A stretch of DNA of 63,248 nucleotides, counting the filler, from Octopus bimaculoides (Eukaryota), in the NCBI RefSeq assembly GCF_001194135.2. It is 9 parts of 7 records of this genome, joined end to end, with 100 filler letters (N's around TTAATTAATTAA, not from the genome) between each part and the next. Parts side by side here need not be neighbours in the genome. Positions count along the whole stretch, not along the records: positions 53,384 to 62,079 come from NC_069002.1; positions 62,180 to 63,248 come from NW_026361739.1; 7 more parts are not named here. One strand, 5' to 3'. The notes under the pieces were generated by a model. It did not search any database. It was not told the DNA's origin and saw only the letters and a list, made by a program, of their open reading frames with translations. Numbering within the stretch: the stretch's first letter is position 1; every line of letters starts with the position of its first letter. A program made the position numbers and the translations under genes. Shown one piece after another: positions 60,317 through 63,248 of this stretch.

Positions 60317-61109
60317 GATATATATAATGAGTCTACTAAATCCACTCTCATGTATATATATCGAACGCCACTCATTGCTTCCAAGTAAGCATATATATAN
60401 NNNNNNNNNNNNNNNNNNNNNNNNNNNNNNNNNNNNNNNNNNNNNNNNNNNNNNNNNNNNNNNNNNNNNNNNNNNNNNNNNNNNNNNNNNNNNNNNNNNN
60501 NNNNNNNNNNNNNNNNNNNNNNNNNNNNNNNNNNNNNNNNNNNNNNNNNNNNNNNNNNNNNNNNNNNNNNNNNNNNNNNNNNNNNNNNNNNNNNNNNNNN
60601 NNNNNNNNNNNNNNNNNNNNNNNNNNNNNNNNNNNNNNNNNNNNNNNNNNNNNNNNNNNNNNNNNNNNNNNNNNNNNNNNNNNNNNNNNNNNNNNNNNNN
60701 NNNNNNNNNNNNNNNNNNNNNNNNNNNNNNNNNNNNNNNNNNNNNNNNNNNNNNNNNNNNNNNNNNNNNNNNNNNNNNNNNNNNNNNNNNNNNNNNNNNN
60801 NNNNNNNNNNNNNNNNNNNNNNNNNNNNNNNNNNNNNNNNNNNNNNNNNNNNNNNNNNNNNNNNNNNNNNNNNNNNNNNNNNNNNNNNNNNNNNNNNNNN
60901 NNNNNNNNNNNNNNNNNNNNNNNNNNNNNNNNNNNNNNNNNNNNNNNNNNNNNNNNNNNNNNNNNNNNNNNNNNNNNNNNNNNNNNNNNNNNNNNNNNNN
61001 NNNNNNNNNNNNNNNNNNNNNNNNNNNNNNNNNNNNNNNNNNNNNNNNNNNNNNNNNNNNNNNNNNNNNNNNNNNNNNNNNNNNNNNNNNNNNNNNNNNN
61101 NNNNNNNNN

Positions 61110-61141
<32 letters not shown>

Positions 61142-61756
61142 GGCCACAGCCTGAGGGCTGAAACGTATAAAAGAATAAAAAGAAAAGTATATACGTGCAT
61201 AGTTTATGAGCGATAGTGGTGTCAATTAGACATAATATATATATGTATGTATGTATGTATGTGTGTCTACGCATATAAACATACATACATGCATACATAC
61301 GTCTGTATGCCTGCGTATGATACATGTAAGCGCATATGCGCATGCTTCTGTGTGCGTTTGTGTATGTGTCGGTCTGGGAGCGCGTCTGTATGTATACGAG
61401 TAAACCGAAAGACGACGACGCCTGGCGACAACTAGTGAGTTTGACCATTAAACGAAACGACTTGTAATCTCTACCTCCCACCTCACCGCTCACTGCCACC
61501 CATCTCTTTCTTCTGATATCGTCGGGGACCTCAAGGAGTGCGGGTATTGTGAAACGGGAACTGTTCCTGTTGTTAAATTGTTGTTCTATGTTTTCATTGT
61601 GACCTGCGGGTCACAGTTCAAAACGCCACGGCGCCAACACGTTATGTGTATCCATCTAAACTATATCTCTCCGAGTATAAACACTTATCTATAAGATAGA
61701 TATGTATGTAAGTATATTTTATACAGATAATTACATACACGAATATATACATGAAT

Positions 61757-61925
61757 ATTCTTTTTATTCTTTTACTCTTTTACTTGTTTCAGTCATTTGA
61801 CTGCGGCCATGCTGGAGCTTCGCCTTAAAGGGTTTTTTAGTCGAAGAAATCAACCCCAAGACTTATTCTTTGTAAGCCTAGTATTTATTCCTTCGTTCGC
61901 TTTTGCTGAGCCGCTAAGTAACGAG
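61757..61925 (-). mobile_element. SINE family A 3' half
   Basis: CTTTTACTTGTTTCAGTCATTTGACTGCGGCCATGCTGGAG; CpG intact. Confidence 0.85.
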
Positions 61926-61971
<46 letters not shown>

Positions 61972-62079
61972 CAGGGCTCTAGCATGGGTTTAATCGGCAA
62001 CGAGAAAAATAATTAATTAAATGAATACACTGAAAAACTAAAGAATGGATTTTACTTTCTAACTTTTACTTGTTTCAGG

Positions 62080-62179
62080 NNNNNNNNNNNNNNNNNNNNN
62101 NNNNNNNNNNNNNNNNNNNNNNNTTAATTAATTAANNNNNNNNNNNNNNNNNNNNNNNNNNNNNNNNNNNNNNNNNNNN
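62080..62179. other. Artificial scaffold-join spacer
   Basis: N44-TTAATTAATTAA-N44. Confidence 0.97.
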
Positions 62180-63210
62180 ATTATACACACACACACATAC
62201 ACACACACAAATATATACATACACACACACATATGTATATGGATATATCTATGTTTGTCTGTTTGTGTTTGTTACACTATCATCGCATGACAACCAGTGT
62301 TGGTATGCTCACGTTCCCGTAACTTAGTAGTTTGGTAATGTGACTGATAGAATAAACACTAGGCTTAAAAACACTTCAAGGTGGTACTCCAGCATGGCCG
62401 TAGTCAAATGCCTAAATCAAAAAAAAAATAAAAGAATATATATAATTTCTTTAAAATGATCTTACTAAACAACAATAATCTTTGAATTTGCTGAAGACCG
62501 AGGAAGTATAATTCTTTGAAATGTAAGTTATTTTTAGAGTATAAGAATAAATTTTCTAACGAATACAATTGACTCGAATGTTGTGTAAAATGACAAAATA
62601 CGTATTTCTACTATATTACATAGTTTTAAGTAATTTTTGCCCTCGCAAGGAAAACATACTGCAAATCATTTCTGTGCACATTTTACTCTTGTTTTCTCTG
62701 ACGAAAAGTATGACTAAATTTTTCTTTTACCTTCATAATCTTTTTTGACTTGTTAATTATATTTGAATCACCCATTCATGTACTTTTCGCGTTTATTAGC
62801 TTGGTAATTTGGTATCGAAAAAATTCCTAAGTTAACAAAATTCTAATGGCAATATGTTGAAAAAAGCTGAATAGCATTAGCAAAAGACTTCTTTGGCGAC
62901 GTCAACTAGCTACATTTTGACGCTTCTAATATTTTTCAGTTAATGTATCAACACATGGTCCATGCTCAAGGAAAATTGATCCAAATAGCTGTTTCAAAGA
63001 TAATATCTAATTAGAAATTTTTAATTTGACAATATCTTCGGGTTAGGTTTGATTCTATATCTTATGGCGAAATTTCATACGATATTTTCAATGATAATTA
63101 CGATTACATTAAATGACATATCGCTCACAAAGTGTGGGTTGAAAATCTAGTTGAAAAACATATTCATAAGTAGAACAAACAGATACAAAGATATACGTCT
63201 GCAGACTTTT

Positions 63211-63248
<38 letters not shown>

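Noticed and set aside
9439-62135. Regularly recurring TTAATTAATTAA as a CRISPR-like or regulatory repeat
   Set aside because: It is always centred in exactly 44+44 Ns, so it is an artificial linker.
62940-63010. Possible terminal exon after tatttttcag (NVSTHGPCSRKIDPNSCFKDNI*)
   Set aside because: It is short, has no recognisable homology and has no partner exon, so it is compatible with chance.
1-63248. Most ORFs in the supplied track (YI/CV/HT/RE repeats, poly-X, poly-I/N/L/S/F)
   Set aside because: They are translations of microsatellites or read-through of N gaps, with no coding signal.

Overview
AT-rich, repeat-dense eukaryotic DNA. The SINE families and microsatellite load point to an octopus or other cephalopod draft assembly (inference from recalled repeat consensus sequences, not a database search). 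Eight artificial 100-bp spacers (N44-TTAATTAATTAA-N44) split the window into nine joined pieces, so adjacency across them is assumed rather than observed. Three host exons are recognisable. Two minus-strand exons (8081-7962, 4067-3918) encode the N-terminal catalytic part of an ADP-ribosylglycohydrolase (ARH/DraG family: GDALGLLTE and GDWTDDTD motifs). One plus-strand exon (18078-18204) matches TCAIM/C3orf23. The rest is mostly transposon debris: RTE, CR1/L2-like, Tx1-like and R4/Dong-like LINE fragments, mariner and maT (DD37D) transposase remnants, a stack of internally deleted Helitrons, several tRNA-derived SINE families, MITE-like hairpins and local duplications. The most unusual signal is a set of hammerhead-ribozyme motifs in three repeat families. 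These are a tRNA-headed (Pol III A/B-box) SINE with a hammerhead in its 3' part, a near-complete type I hammerhead at 32399-32487, and a 244-bp palindrome with a hammerhead on each arm. One hammerhead SINE has an R4/Dong-like LINE end inserted in its (TAA)n tract. Almost all supplied ORFs are microsatellite or N-gap artefacts. No true tRNA, rRNA or CRISPR features were found.
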